Shown here in pieces: positions 29,053-38,322 of a stretch of 64,000 bases of DNA. The notes under the pieces are model-generated. The model did not search any database. It worked only from the letters and a program-made list of their open reading frames with translations, and was not told where the DNA came from. Both the position numbers and the translations under genes were made by a program. This DNA is from Anaerovoracaceae bacterium (lineage in GTDB: Bacteria > Bacillota > Clostridia > Christensenellales > Aristaeellaceae). How positions within the stretch are numbered: position 1 is the stretch's first letter; the number at the start of each line of letters is the position of its first letter. The stretch spans positions 12,988 to 76,987 of the forward strand of contig CAVANO010000011.1 in the NCBI GenBank assembly GCA_963590165.1, written 5' to 3'.

Positions 29053-29212
29053 GGCAATACCGCACAATTCGGCGGCACCGCTGAACATGCTTTTTGCGCC
29101 ATCTGCGGCTTGCAAAAATCTCGATTTACATCCAGTAAACCTTCGATTTTTGCAATTGCATCTGACACAAAATTCATTGTTCATCGTACCACCTCATTTG
29201 TGCGGTATTGCC
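29053..29212. mobile_element. MITE-like element, copy 1 (160 bp, 15-nt terminal inverted repeats)
   Basis: GGCAATACCGCACAA ... TTGTGCGGTATTGCC. The internal arms match the inverted copy at 44896-45036. The central 11-bp hairpin TTGCAAAAATC/GATTTTTGCAA is unique to this copy. Lies between convergent genes. Confidence 0.7.
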
Positions 29213-29240
29213 TTAGGCAAATAAAAGGAAGGACAGCCGA

Positions 29241-30425
29241 TTATGGTTGTCCTTCTCTTTTTCGGTCAACGCTGATGACCGTCACGGCGGTGCTGATGGT
29301 TCGTCCGGTCGAGGGAAACTGCAGGTAAAACAGCCGTTTCAGGCGTTCCATGACGATGTTGCCTGCTTCGACATCCGCATTCGGCAGCAGCACGGCAATG
29401 GTGCTGTCGTTTGTGCGCGTGATGACGTCGCTCCGGCGCAGGTTCAGCAGCATGATTTTCACAAGCCCGTTCATCGAGGCATCATGGCGGACACTGCCGC
29501 GCTCAAGCTCCGTGAGCGTCAGCAGACCGAGCACTGCCTGACCGCCGCTGCGCTCCATGGAATGGCGCTGCATGCGGAAAAGCGCCTTGAACACGCGGCT
29601 GTCGCAGAGAATCGCGCGGCCGTTGTCCTCCTCGCTGAGCAGCTCCTCACGCAGGGCGGACACATCGTTCTCGACCGCCCGAACCGCCTGCTGCACGCGG
29701 ATCCGGTAGTCGCGCATCTGCTCCTCCATTGCAAATTCGCTGATGCGCGAGGTCAGTTCTGCCTGCTGCGCGGCATCAGCCGTGCGTTCGGTGCTGTTGA
29801 GCCCTTCAATTAACCGCTGCTGCAGCGCCTCATTCGTCGGGTCGGCATCAATCGCCTGACGCACCAGCGCGACATAGCGGTGCGCGTGACCCGTTTGCTT
29901 CAGAAACTGAAGCCGCGCGTCAATTGCCTGCAGGAACATCTGATGCAGCCGCTCGGCCTTGCCGTTCGTCCATGTCAGCCGGCGGTCTTCCTCCAGCAGC
30001 CGCCCCTGATAGAGCGACAGAATCTGTGTGATGACCTCGTCAGGCGGTGCAGGTGCATCGCTCTGCTGATATGGTGCAAGCAGCTGCTCGAACAGCAGCA
30101 CATCCACCGTCACGCTCGGCTCGCTGACCCAGCGGTAACCGCCGCGGATGGTTGTCAGGCAGTCCGACAGTTCCATTGAAATCGTTCGCAGAAGCGTCCG
30201 TTGCCGGCTGACGAGCGTCTTGAGCGCGGATTCGGGTCTTGCGGAGGCCTCCTCCGGCCAAAGCACGCGCATCAGCGTTTTGGCATCCGCCGTCTGATTC
30301 GGCGCGAGAATCAGGTATTCCATTAGCAGAATGCCCTTGGGGGAATGGGAAAGCTGCTCATCGACGGACACGCCGTCCTTTTCTACATGAAAGCTGCCAA
30401 AGAGATTGATTTTTACATGGCTCAT
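29241..30425 (-). CDS. SARP/BTAD-type transcriptional regulator fused to a degenerate GGDEF-like domain
   Basis: N-terminus INLFGSFHVEKDG...LLMEYLILAPNQTADAKTLMRVLWPEE...ALKTLVSRQRTLL...GGYRWV (winged helix), followed by a BTAD-like helical region. The C-terminus matches a GGDEF-domain layout, but the signature is replaced by RTNDSTIAVLLP. Confidence 0.65.
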   Translation of the reverse strand: MSHVKINLFGSFHVEKDGVSVDEQLSHSPKGILLMEYLILAPNQTADAKTLMRVLWPEEASARPESALKTLVSRQRTLLRTISMELSDCLTTIRGGYRWVSEPSVTVDVLLFEQLLAPYQQSDAPAPPDEVITQILSLYQGRLLEEDRRLTWTNGKAERLHQMFLQAIDARLQFLKQTGHAHRYVALVRQAIDADPTNEALQQRLIEGLNSTERTADAAQQAELTSRISEFAMEEQMRDYRIRVQQAVRAVENDVSALREELLSEEDNGRAILCDSRVFKALFRMQRHSMERSGGQAVLGLLTLTELERGSVRHDASMNGLVKIMLLNLRRSDVITRTNDSTIAVLLPNADVEAGNIVMERLKRLFYLQFPSTGRTISTAVTVISVDRKREGQP

Positions 30426-30491
30426 GGGCGTATCTCCTTTTCAACAGTTACATCATAACAAAAATGATGCAAAAGTGCAAGACCCGAAGAG

Positions 30492-31031
30492 TTCTCACTT
30501 CCATCGTCGAGCTTTAGCAAACGAACAAGGGGGCTTTCCGGTCGCCCCCTTAAACCCCTTCGGTTTTGGCGGATTATAATAGAACGCATGCCAGAAGGGT
30601 TCTCACTTCCATCGTCGAGTTTTAGCAAACGAAGAAGGGGGCTTTCCGGTCGCCCCCTTAAACCCCTTCGGTTTTGGCGGATTATAGTAGAACGCATGCC
30701 AGAAGGGTTCTCACTTCCATCGTCGAGTTTTAGCAAACGAAGAAGGGGGCTTTCCGGTCGCCCCCTTAAACCCCTTCGGTTTTGGCGGATTATAGTAGAA
30801 CGCATGCCAGAAGGGTTCTCACTTCCATCGTCGAGTTTTAGCAAACGAAGAAGGGGGCTTTCCGGTCGCCCCCTTAAACCCCTTCGGTTTTGGCGGATTA
30901 TAGTAGAACGCATGCCAGAAGGGTTCTCACTTCCATCGTCGAGTTTTAGCAAACGAAGAAGGGGGCTTTCCGGTCGCCCCCTTAAACCCCTTCGGTTTTG
31001 GCGGATTATATGATGGAACGCATGCCCGAAG
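30492..31031. repeat. Tandem array C: 108-bp unit x 5 (copies 2-5 essentially identical)
   Basis: TTCTCACTTCC recurs at 30492, 30600, 30708, 30816 and 30924. Each unit reads TCACTTCCATCGTCGAGTTTTAGCAAACGA + GGGGGCtttccggtcGCCCCC + ttaaaCCCCTTCGGttttgg + a TATA-rich box. Confidence 0.92.
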
Positions 31032-31062
31032 GGGTTCGGGGGCGAGATGAAAGCATCCGATT

Positions 31063-31104
31063 ACAAAGAAAACCGGCAGGAACCGCCATGCAGCTCCTAC
31101 CGGT
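31063..31104 (-). terminator. Rho-independent terminator of rny
   Basis: Minus strand: ACCGGTAGGA ... TCCTGCCGGT (one G-U pair) followed by TTTCTTTG, 11 nt after the rny stop. Confidence 0.6.
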
Positions 31105-31115
31105 TTTATTCTGAT

Positions 31116-32729
31116 TTACTTGGCGTACTCCATCGACCGCGTTTCGCGGATGACGTTTACGCGGATCTGACCCGGATATTCCATTTCCTTCTCGATGCGC
31201 TTGGCGATTTCCTTGGCGAGAATCTTCGTGCCGTCGTCGGTCACGTCGTCGGGCTTCACCATGATGCGCACCTCGCGGCCGGACTGGATGGCGTAACACT
31301 TCTCGACGCCCGGGAAGGACATTGCGATTTCCTCCAGCTTCTCCAGACGCTTGATGTAGTTCTCCAGGCTCTCGCGGCGCGCGCCGGGACGGGCAGCGGA
31401 GATGGCGTCTGCCGCCTGCACGAGCACTGCCTCGACCGTCTGCGGTTCCACATCGTTGTGATGCGCCAGAATCGCGTGGATGACATCGGGGCTCTCGTGA
31501 TACTTGCGTGCCAGTTCGCCGCCGAGGGTGACGTGTGTACCTTCTGCCTCGTGGTCAACCGCCTTGCCGATGTCGTGCAGCAGACCTGCGCGCTTGGCAA
31601 GCTGAACGTCAGCGCCGAGCTCTGCTGCCATCAGGCCGGCGAGATGGCTGACTTCGATGGAGTGCTGGAGCACATTCTGACCGTAGGAGGTGCGATACTT
31701 CAGGCGACCGAGCAGCTTGACGAGCTCGTGGTGGATGCCGTGCTGATTCGTCTCGAACACGGCAGCCTCGCCTGCCTCGCGAATCTGGTTTTCGACTTCC
31801 TTTTTTGCCTTGTCCACCATTTCCTCGATGCGGGCGGGATGGATGCGGCCATCGTTAATCAGACGCTCCACCGCGATGCGCGCGATTTCACGGCGAACCG
31901 GGTCGAATGCGGACACGATGACGGCTTCAGGCGTATCGTCAATGATGATGTCAACGCCGGTCGCAGTCTCAAGGGCGCGGATGTTGCGGCCTTCGCGGCC
32001 GATGATGCGTCCCTTCATGTCGTCATTAGGCAGCGCGATGACGGATACCGTGCTCTCGGCGACGTGGTCGGATGCGCACTTCTGGATGGCAAGCGCGATG
32101 ATGTTGCGCGCCTTCTTCTCGGCCTCTTCCTTCGCACGGGCTTCGATATCGCGCACGGAGGCGGCGGCATCGTGGAAGGCTTCCTTCTGTACGCGGTCAA
32201 TGATGATTTGCTTGGCCTCGTCCTGCGTCATGGCGGCGATGCGTTCAAGCTCGGCTGTCTGCTTGTTGAAGAGCTGTTCCGCCTCGTCATGCAGGCGGTT
32301 CGTGTCCTCCTGACGAAGTTCGATTTGCTCGGTGCGCTTCTTCAGGTCGTTCTCGCGGTCATCCAGGCTGTCGGAGCGCTTGTCCAGCGACGATTCACGC
32401 TGAAGCAGGCGGTTCTCCGTCCGCTGCACCTCTGCGCGGCGTTCGCGGACTTCATTCATCTCACGGGTACTTTCGGCGCGTTCGCGGTCAATCTCGTTCT
32501 TGGACTTGAGAATCTCCGCCTTGGCTTCCTGCACTTTTTCCTTCTTGTAGTCGTCAGCCTTGCGCTTGTAGTCATCCGCCTTGCGGACGGCATCTTCGTA
32601 AAGCTGTGCGGCTGTCTTTTCGCTGCGATTAATTTTTTCCTCGATGAGGTTCTTCCGGTAGGTATAGCCTGCGAAGCCGCCTCCTGCCGCAGCAACGAGC
32701 AGAAGAAGAATCCACACAATGGTCGGCAC
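31116..32729 (-). CDS. rny: Ribonuclease Y
   Basis: ORF 31116..32831. GTG at 32729 lies 8 nt after AAGGGGGA and gives the usual N-terminal TM ([17 protein letters not shown]); alternative ATG 32765 has no RBS. Coiled coil, KH domain ([13 protein letters not shown]), HD domain ([10 protein letters not shown]...LLHDIGKA). Confidence 0.92.
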   Translation of the reverse strand: MPTIVWILLLLVAAAGGGFAGYTYRKNLIEEKINRSEKTAAQLYEDAVRKADDYKRKADDYKKEKVQEAKAEILKSKNEIDRERAESTREMNEVRERRAEVQRTENRLLQRESSLDKRSDSLDDRENDLKKRTEQIELRQEDTNRLHDEAEQLFNKQTAELERIAAMTQDEAKQIIIDRVQKEAFHDAAASVRDIEARAKEEAEKKARNIIALAIQKCASDHVAESTVSVIALPNDDMKGRIIGREGRNIRALETATGVDIIIDDTPEAVIVSAFDPVRREIARIAVERLINDGRIHPARIEEMVDKAKKEVENQIREAGEAAVFETNQHGIHHELVKLLGRLKYRTSYGQNVLQHSIEVSHLAGLMAAELGADVQLAKRAGLLHDIGKAVDHEAEGTHVTLGGELARKYHESPDVIHAILAHHNDVEPQTVEAVLVQAADAISAARPGARRESLENYIKRLEKLEEIAMSFPGVEKCYAIQSGREVRIMVKPDDVTDDGTKILAKEIAKRIEKEMEYPGQIRVNVIRETRSMEYAK

Positions 32730-32799
32730 GATTGAAATCCCCCTTTCAAAGTGTTTTTCGTTCATATGTTCAGATTTTGCATCCATGCCCGGCTGACGC

Positions 32800-32833
32800 A
32801 AAAAAGCCGTACGGGACATGAAATCCCACACGG
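32800..32833 (-). terminator. Intrinsic terminator/attenuator at the 3' end of the rny leader
   Basis: Minus strand: CCGTGTGGGA-tttcatg-TCCCGTACGG (10 bp, two G-U pairs), a single C, then TTTTTT. Ends 35-70 nt before the rny start. Confidence 0.5.
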
Positions 32834-33264
32834 CCGGATGCTGTTCATTCGATATCAGACCCCGGTTTCCGTACCGCAGGGCATACTACGGCACAAAAAA
32901 CAGCAGGGCAAAAACCAGAATCAGTCATGCGCACCCCTGACCTCCGTCGAGGGCACACAAAAACAAGCGCAAGCATGCTGCGTGCATACGGACAGACAGC
33001 GCTGCCCTTTCAGCAGAGGCTGAAGGGGATCATCGCCGAATATAGGAAGCCTGCGGAATCGCTGTGCCGAAAAGGGACACAAGCTGACCGCGGGAAAACA
33101 CGCTGCAGAAGCGGCATGAATACAAGGGTGACTGCTTAAAGAAACCGAACGTGGCACATTCGCACCGCAGAAAAAGCCGTGCAAGCCTGCCGCGGACGGG
33201 ATTTTCAGGCTTTATCGAAAACAGCATGGGCACATCTGCAGACGCGCCTCAGCCGGTCATGAAT

Positions 33265-33293
33265 ATTTTACAATTAAAGCGTGCTTCTGTCAA
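33265..33293 (-). promoter_or_regulatory. Strong sigma-70-type promoter heading the long rny leader
   Basis: Minus strand: TTGACA (33288-33293), 17 nt, TAAAAT (33265-33270). No ORF with an RBS between it and rny. Confidence 0.55.
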
Positions 33294-33392
33294 GGGAAAA
33301 CGGACACGGTGCAGGAAATAATTCACGAAGAAAATGTTTTATGCCTTGTTGCGGATAAGCTGACGGAAAAAAGGAAAATTCCGCCGCATCAG

Positions 33393-33421
33393 TGGACAAT
33401 CGCCGTGCATTCAGGTATAAT
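33393..33421 (+). promoter_or_regulatory. sigma-70-type promoter of the beta-galactosidase gene
   Basis: TGGACA (33393-33398), 17 nt, TATAAT (33416-33421). Confidence 0.5.
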
Positions 33422-33460
33422 CAAGATAAGAAGTTCTCCGCGAAAGGAAGGACGTTTCAT

Positions 33461-36400
33461 ATGAGGCAAATCAAAAAAGAGCAATTCGATGTTTCGTGGC
33501 TGCAGAATCCGGAAATTTTCAGCGTCAATGAGATGCCGGACTGCTCGGATCATGCATTTTACGCCAGCGAGGAGGAAGCGGCGCAGGGTATTTCGTCGCT
33601 GGAGAAGAGCCTGGACGGCACATGGCGCGCGCATTTCGCCATGACGCCTGAGGAGGCGCCGGATACGCTGCTCAAGAGCGGCGCACTCGACAGCACATTG
33701 CGGACGATTGATGTCCCCTGCGAATTTCAGCTTGCCGCGCCGGACTGGGATCCGCCGCAGTATGTCAACGTGCAGTATCCGTGGGACGGGCACGAAGCGC
33801 TCCGCCCGCCGGAAGTCAGCAAGACATATAACCCGACCGTCACGTGCGTCAAGACGTTCTCGCTGTCGCTGCCGCAGGCGACAAGCCGCACGGTGCTGCA
33901 TCTCGGCGGCGTAGAGGCGGCAGTGCTCGTGTATGTGAACGGGCATGAGGTCGGCTATGCGGAGGGCAGTTTCGTGCCGCACCGCTTTGAAATTACGCCC
34001 TTCATCCATGCCGGCGAAAACCGCCTCGTGCTGCGCGTTTTCAAGCGCTGCTCCGGCAGCTGGCTGGAGGATCAGGATTTCTGGCGCTACAGCGGCATTC
34101 ACCGCAGCGTGACCTTGCATTTCTATCCCGAAACGCACCTGTGCGACCTGCGCGTCCGTACGCCGCTGAAGGATCATTACACCCGCGCGGCGATTGATGT
34201 CCGCATGCGCGTAACCGGCGCTTCGCTGGGCAAGGCATCGCTCCGCCTGACGCAGAAGGACGGCACGGTCATCTGGCAGGCAGAGAAGCCCATGACAACG
34301 CTCGAAACGCACATCTCGGCGGATGTCCCAGGCGTCAGGCTGTGGAGCGCCGAAGAGCCGAACCTCTACCAGCTCACCGTCACCCTGACGAACGCGCACG
34401 GCGTTGTCACCGAAGTCTGCCGGACAGCTGTCGGCTTCAGGCAGTTCGAGATGATTGACAAAATCATGTGCCTGAACGGCAAGCGCATCGTGTTCCACGG
34501 CGTCAACCGCCATGAATTCAACTGCGATCAGGGACGCGTGATGACGCACGAGCTGCTTCTGCGCGACATTCACGACATCAAGAGCCTGAATATCAATGCC
34601 GTCCGCACATGCCATTATCCGAATGTGCCGGAATTTTACCGCCTGTGCGATGAATACGGCCTGTACGTGATTGACGAGACCGATTTGGAGACGCACGGCA
34701 CGCATGCCCCGATGCATGACTATGTCCTTCCGGACGACAAGCCTGAATGGCGCGAGGCGGTCATGCGCCGCGGTCGGGCGATGCTGGAACGCGACAAGAA
34801 TCATCCGTGCATCCTGCTGTGGTCATGCGGCAACGAAAGCTGGGGCGGCAAGACGCTCTATGAGCTCAGCCAGTATTTCCGCCGGGAAGATCCGACACGC
34901 CTTGTGCATTACGAGGGCGTGACGGCTGACCCGCGCTATCCCGACACGACGGATGTGCATTCCAACATGTACCGTCCGGCTGCGTCCATCGAGGAATATC
35001 TGCAGAATAATCCCGACAAGCCTTTCATCAACTGTGAATACACCCACGCCATGGGCAACAGCTGCGGCGGCATGAGCCTGTACACCGCGCTGGAGGACAA
35101 GTACCCGATGTATCAGGGAGGCTTCATCTGGGACTATGTCGACCAGGGACTGCGTGTGAAGAACCCGAACGGCAAGACGCGGTATGCCTACGGCGGCGAT
35201 TTCGGCGACCGCCCGACGGACTGGCAGTTCATCGGCAACGGCATCGTGCTGGCGGATCGCTCGCTGACCGGCAAGAGCCAGGAAGTTCGCTACCTGTTCC
35301 GCGATGTGTTCCTTGATGTGGACAAGACCGGTGTGACCGTGACGAACCGGAAGAATTTCGCCGTGCTGACCGGCTTTGACATCTGCTGGACGCTGGAGTG
35401 CGACCGCACGCCGCTGTGCGCAGGCGAAACGCTGCTGCCGGACATTGAGCCCGGCAAGTCGCTGCACATGGAGCTGCCGTTCGGCGAGATTCCCGACGGG
35501 CAGGTCGTCGCGACATGCTTCCTCGTGCTGCGCGAACAGCAGGGTATCCTCGAGGCAGGCACCGTGCTCAGCCACGGTCAGGCGATTTGGGGCGAAACGT
35601 TACGTCCAATCAAGCCGGACAACGGTCCAAAGCCGGTTCTGGGCGACTGCAACGTCGGCTTCCATGGCGAATCGCTCGGCGCGATGTGCACCTATCAGGG
35701 TTATCACGGCGGTTTGTCCTCCTTCCGCGACAGCGTCCTCCGCGAGATGATGCTCGCCGCGCCGATGCTCAGCCTGTTCCGTGCGCCGAACGACAACGAC
35801 CGCAGCAACGGCAATATGCTCCGTCAGGGCGTGTATCACCTGCTCAGCCGCTACAGCGACAGCGGACGCGCCGAAATCGATCAGCAGGACGGCAGGACAA
35901 CCGTCAGCTATCACTATAAGACGCCCATGCTGCCTGATTTTGCCGTGACGGTGCGTTACACCTTCCGCGCGCAGGATGAGATGGAGGTCACGGTTGAGTG
36001 GCCGGGCATCGCGAATCAGCCTGATCTGCCGGCGCTTGGGCTGTCCTTCCAGCTGAATCCGCGCTACAACCGCGTGCGCTGCTACGGCTACGGGCCGATG
36101 GAGAACTATATCGACCGCCGCGAGGGTGCATATCTTGGCTGGCACAGCTGGAATGCCGCCGATGGCATGACGCGCTACCTGCGCCCGCAGGAGAGCGGCA
36201 ACCGCACGGGCGTGCAGGTCATTGCCGTCACGGACGCGGACGGTCACGGCGTGCAGGTCGAAGGCGACAATCTGGAGGTCAGCGTGCTGCCGTATCTGCC
36301 GGAGGAAATTGCCGCCGCCGCACATCCGGACGACCTCGGCGAACCCGTCAAGACGGTGTTGGATGTCGCTATGTTCCGCATGGGTATCGCCGGCGATGAC

Positions 36401-36484
36401 AGCTGGGGTGCACCCGTGCTGCCGCAGTTCTGCTACCCGTCGGATAAGGCGTACTCGTTCACCTTCCGGATGAAGGCAATGTGA
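33461..36484 (+). CDS. lacZ: Beta-galactosidase, glycoside hydrolase family 2
   Basis: ORF 33392..36484. ATG 33461 lies after GAAAGGAAGGA. NHPCILLWSCGNESWGG (acid/base Glu), INCEYTHAMGNSCGG (nucleophile Glu). About 1007 aa with a C-terminal small-chain domain. Confidence 0.9.
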   Translation: MRQIKKEQFDVSWLQNPEIFSVNEMPDCSDHAFYASEEEAAQGISSLEKSLDGTWRAHFAMTPEEAPDTLLKSGALDSTLRTIDVPCEFQLAAPDWDPPQYVNVQYPWDGHEALRPPEVSKTYNPTVTCVKTFSLSLPQATSRTVLHLGGVEAAVLVYVNGHEVGYAEGSFVPHRFEITPFIHAGENRLVLRVFKRCSGSWLEDQDFWRYSGIHRSVTLHFYPETHLCDLRVRTPLKDHYTRAAIDVRMRVTGASLGKASLRLTQKDGTVIWQAEKPMTTLETHISADVPGVRLWSAEEPNLYQLTVTLTNAHGVVTEVCRTAVGFRQFEMIDKIMCLNGKRIVFHGVNRHEFNCDQGRVMTHELLLRDIHDIKSLNINAVRTCHYPNVPEFYRLCDEYGLYVIDETDLETHGTHAPMHDYVLPDDKPEWREAVMRRGRAMLERDKNHPCILLWSCGNESWGGKTLYELSQYFRREDPTRLVHYEGVTADPRYPDTTDVHSNMYRPAASIEEYLQNNPDKPFINCEYTHAMGNSCGGMSLYTALEDKYPMYQGGFIWDYVDQGLRVKNPNGKTRYAYGGDFGDRPTDWQFIGNGIVLADRSLTGKSQEVRYLFRDVFLDVDKTGVTVTNRKNFAVLTGFDICWTLECDRTPLCAGETLLPDIEPGKSLHMELPFGEIPDGQVVATCFLVLREQQGILEAGTVLSHGQAIWGETLRPIKPDNGPKPVLGDCNVGFHGESLGAMCTYQGYHGGLSSFRDSVLREMMLAAPMLSLFRAPNDNDRSNGNMLRQGVYHLLSRYSDSGRAEIDQQDGRTTVSYHYKTPMLPDFAVTVRYTFRAQDEMEVTVEWPGIANQPDLPALGLSFQLNPRYNRVRCYGYGPMENYIDRREGAYLGWHSWNAADGMTRYLRPQESGNRTGVQVIAVTDADGHGVQVEGDNLEVSVLPYLPEEIAAAAHPDDLGEPVKTVLDVAMFRMGIAGDDSWGAPVLPQFCYPSDKAYSFTFRMKAM

Positions 36485-36690
36485 GCAAGAGAGGCAAAAT
36501 GCCTGCCTTTGCGATGCACAGGGATAATCGACGGTTTCATACACAGCAGGCAATAAGCGTCTGCCTGACGAAGACAATCCGCATAATCGGGTCAATGAAG
36601 TCCATGCCGGAATGACGAATTGCCTGCCACGTTAGGGGCAATCTGTGCATAAATCATCTATTTTTGAGCATGATTTGCATTCCTGATGCC

Positions 36691-36719
36691 TTGACGAACG
36701 TTCATGAAAGCGCTATACT
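36691..36719 (+). promoter_or_regulatory. sigma-70-type promoter
   Basis: TTGACG (36691-36696), 17 nt, TATACT (36714-36719), upstream of GAGGAGG and ATG 36768. Confidence 0.5.
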
Positions 36720-36767
36720 ACGCATAGGAGGCATCCTGAATCAGTCATTATTGAGGAGGTTTTTCTG

Positions 36768-38252
36768 ATGCAGAATATTCCTGTGGTAAAGCTGGGTCTG
36801 GTTGCGGTCTCTCGTGACTGCTTCCCGATTGAACTGAGCGAAAAGCGCCGCGCCGCAATTGCGGAGAAGTGCGGACAGAAGAAGCTCGACATCGTCGAAA
36901 TCAAGACGACCGTCGAGAATGAGCTGGATATGCTCAAGGCTGTGGAAGAGCTCAAGGCGAACGAGTGCAACGCGGCTGTCGTGTTCCTCGGCAACTTTGG
37001 TCCTGAAACGCCTGAAACCCTCATCGCCAAGAACTTCGACGGCCCCTGCATGTTTATCGCGGCGGCTGAAGGCGACGGCGACATGATCAACGGCCGCGGC
37101 GATGCATACTGCGGCATGCTGAACTGCTCCTATAACCTCGGCATGCGCCACCTGAAGGGCTATATTCCGGAGTACCCGATCGGTACCGCGGATGAGCTGG
37201 CGGACAAGATTGCCGAATTCATCCCGATTGCACGCGCTATCATCGGCGTGAAGAACCTGAAGATTATCACCTTCGGTCCGCGTCCTCAGGATTTCTTCGC
37301 CTGCAACGCCCCGATTAAGGGTCTTTATGAGCTGGGCGTGGAAATCGAGGAGAACTCCGAACTTGACCTGCTTGTTTCCTATAAGGAGCATGCCGGCGAC
37401 GCCCGCATCCCTGCTGTCTGCGAGGACATGGCAAAGGAAATGGGCGAAGGCAAGTATTATCCTGAGCTCTGCGAGCGCATGGCGCAGTTTGAGCTGACGC
37501 TGCTGGACTGGGCAGAGGCGCACAAGGGTGCACGCAAGTATGTCGTGTTCGCCGATAAGTGCTGGCCTGCCTTCCCGTCTCAGTTCGGCTTTGAGCCCTG
37601 CTATGTCAACTCCCGTCTGGCGTCCCGCGGCATTCCGGTCGCCTGCGAGGTGGATATCTACGGCGCACTGAGCGAGTACATCGGCGCTTGCGTGACCGGC
37701 GATGCCGTCACCCTGCTGGATATCAACAACTCCGTCCCGCAGTACATCTACGATGAAGACATCAAGGGCAAGTTTGACTACGCCCTGACCGATACCTTCA
37801 TGGGCTTCCACTGCGGCAACACGCCTTCCTGCAAGATGTGCGACAACCGCGCGGTCAAGTACCAGCTGATTCAGCATCGTCTGCTGGAGCCTGCCGGCAG
37901 CGAGCCTGACTTCACCCGCGGCACCCTCGAAGGCGACATTGCTGCGAGCCCCATCACCTTCTACCGCCTGCAGTGCGATTCCGAAGGCGTTGTCCGCTCC
38001 TACATCGCTGAGGGCGAGGTGCTGCCTGTCGCGACGCGTTCCTTCGGCGGCATCGGCGTGTTCGCCATCAAGGAAATGGGTCGCTTCTACCGCCATGTGC
38101 TGGTGCAGAAGCGCTATCCGCATCACGGCGCGGTCGCATTCGACCACTGCGCGAAGCTCCTCTACGAGGTGTTCAAGTACCTCGGCGTGCAGGATATCGC
38201 GTGGAATCAGCCGAAGTCCCTGCCGTATCCCACGGAAAATCCCTGGGCTTAA
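36768..38252 (+). CDS. L-fucose isomerase-family sugar isomerase
   Basis: 494 aa. VKLGLVAVSRDCFP...VVFLGNFGPE...YCGMLNCSYNL...FGPRPQDFFAC..., the layout of the FucI/AraA-like isomerase family. Substrate not assignable. Confidence 0.7.
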   Translation: MQNIPVVKLGLVAVSRDCFPIELSEKRRAAIAEKCGQKKLDIVEIKTTVENELDMLKAVEELKANECNAAVVFLGNFGPETPETLIAKNFDGPCMFIAAAEGDGDMINGRGDAYCGMLNCSYNLGMRHLKGYIPEYPIGTADELADKIAEFIPIARAIIGVKNLKIITFGPRPQDFFACNAPIKGLYELGVEIEENSELDLLVSYKEHAGDARIPAVCEDMAKEMGEGKYYPELCERMAQFELTLLDWAEAHKGARKYVVFADKCWPAFPSQFGFEPCYVNSRLASRGIPVACEVDIYGALSEYIGACVTGDAVTLLDINNSVPQYIYDEDIKGKFDYALTDTFMGFHCGNTPSCKMCDNRAVKYQLIQHRLLEPAGSEPDFTRGTLEGDIAASPITFYRLQCDSEGVVRSYIAEGEVLPVATRSFGGIGVFAIKEMGRFYRHVLVQKRYPHHGAVAFDHCAKLLYEVFKYLGVQDIAWNQPKSLPYPTENPWA

Positions 38253-38271
38253 TTGACCAGGCATCGACCAC

Positions 38272-38314
38272 TCAAAAAAAAGGCAGTCTGCTGTGTGCAG
38301 GCTGCCTCTTTTAT
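38272..38314. terminator. Bidirectional terminator between convergent genes
   Basis: A8 run, AGGCAGTCTGC-tgtgt-GCAGGCTGCCT, then CTTTTAT. Confidence 0.65.
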
Positions 38315-38322
38315 GTGTCTGA

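Noticed and set aside
30422-31013. Long ORFs through the repeat arrays (30422..30952 -, 30588..31013 +, 21057..21566 +, 21125..21535 -, 17625..18332 +, 52374..52765 +, 52569..52829 -)
   Set aside because: They exist only because periods of 108, 111 and 135 bp are multiples of three or because the units lack stops. They have no RBS, they read open on both strands, and their peptide sequences are simply the translated hairpins.
30492-31031. Possible CRISPR array (regularly spaced repeats); the same question applies to 17533-17890, 21157-21600 and 52390-52895
   Set aside because: The entire 94-135-bp unit repeats, including the parts that would have to be spacers. There are no unique spacers, no cas genes in the window, and the repeat length and period do not fit CRISPR.
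32800-33260. RNase P RNA, tmRNA, 6S RNA or T-box in the rny upstream region
   Set aside because: I could not find GAGGAAAGTCC-type RNase P motifs, a tmRNA tag frame with tRNA-like ends, or the T-box/specifier arrangement. It is left as an unassigned leader (see findings).
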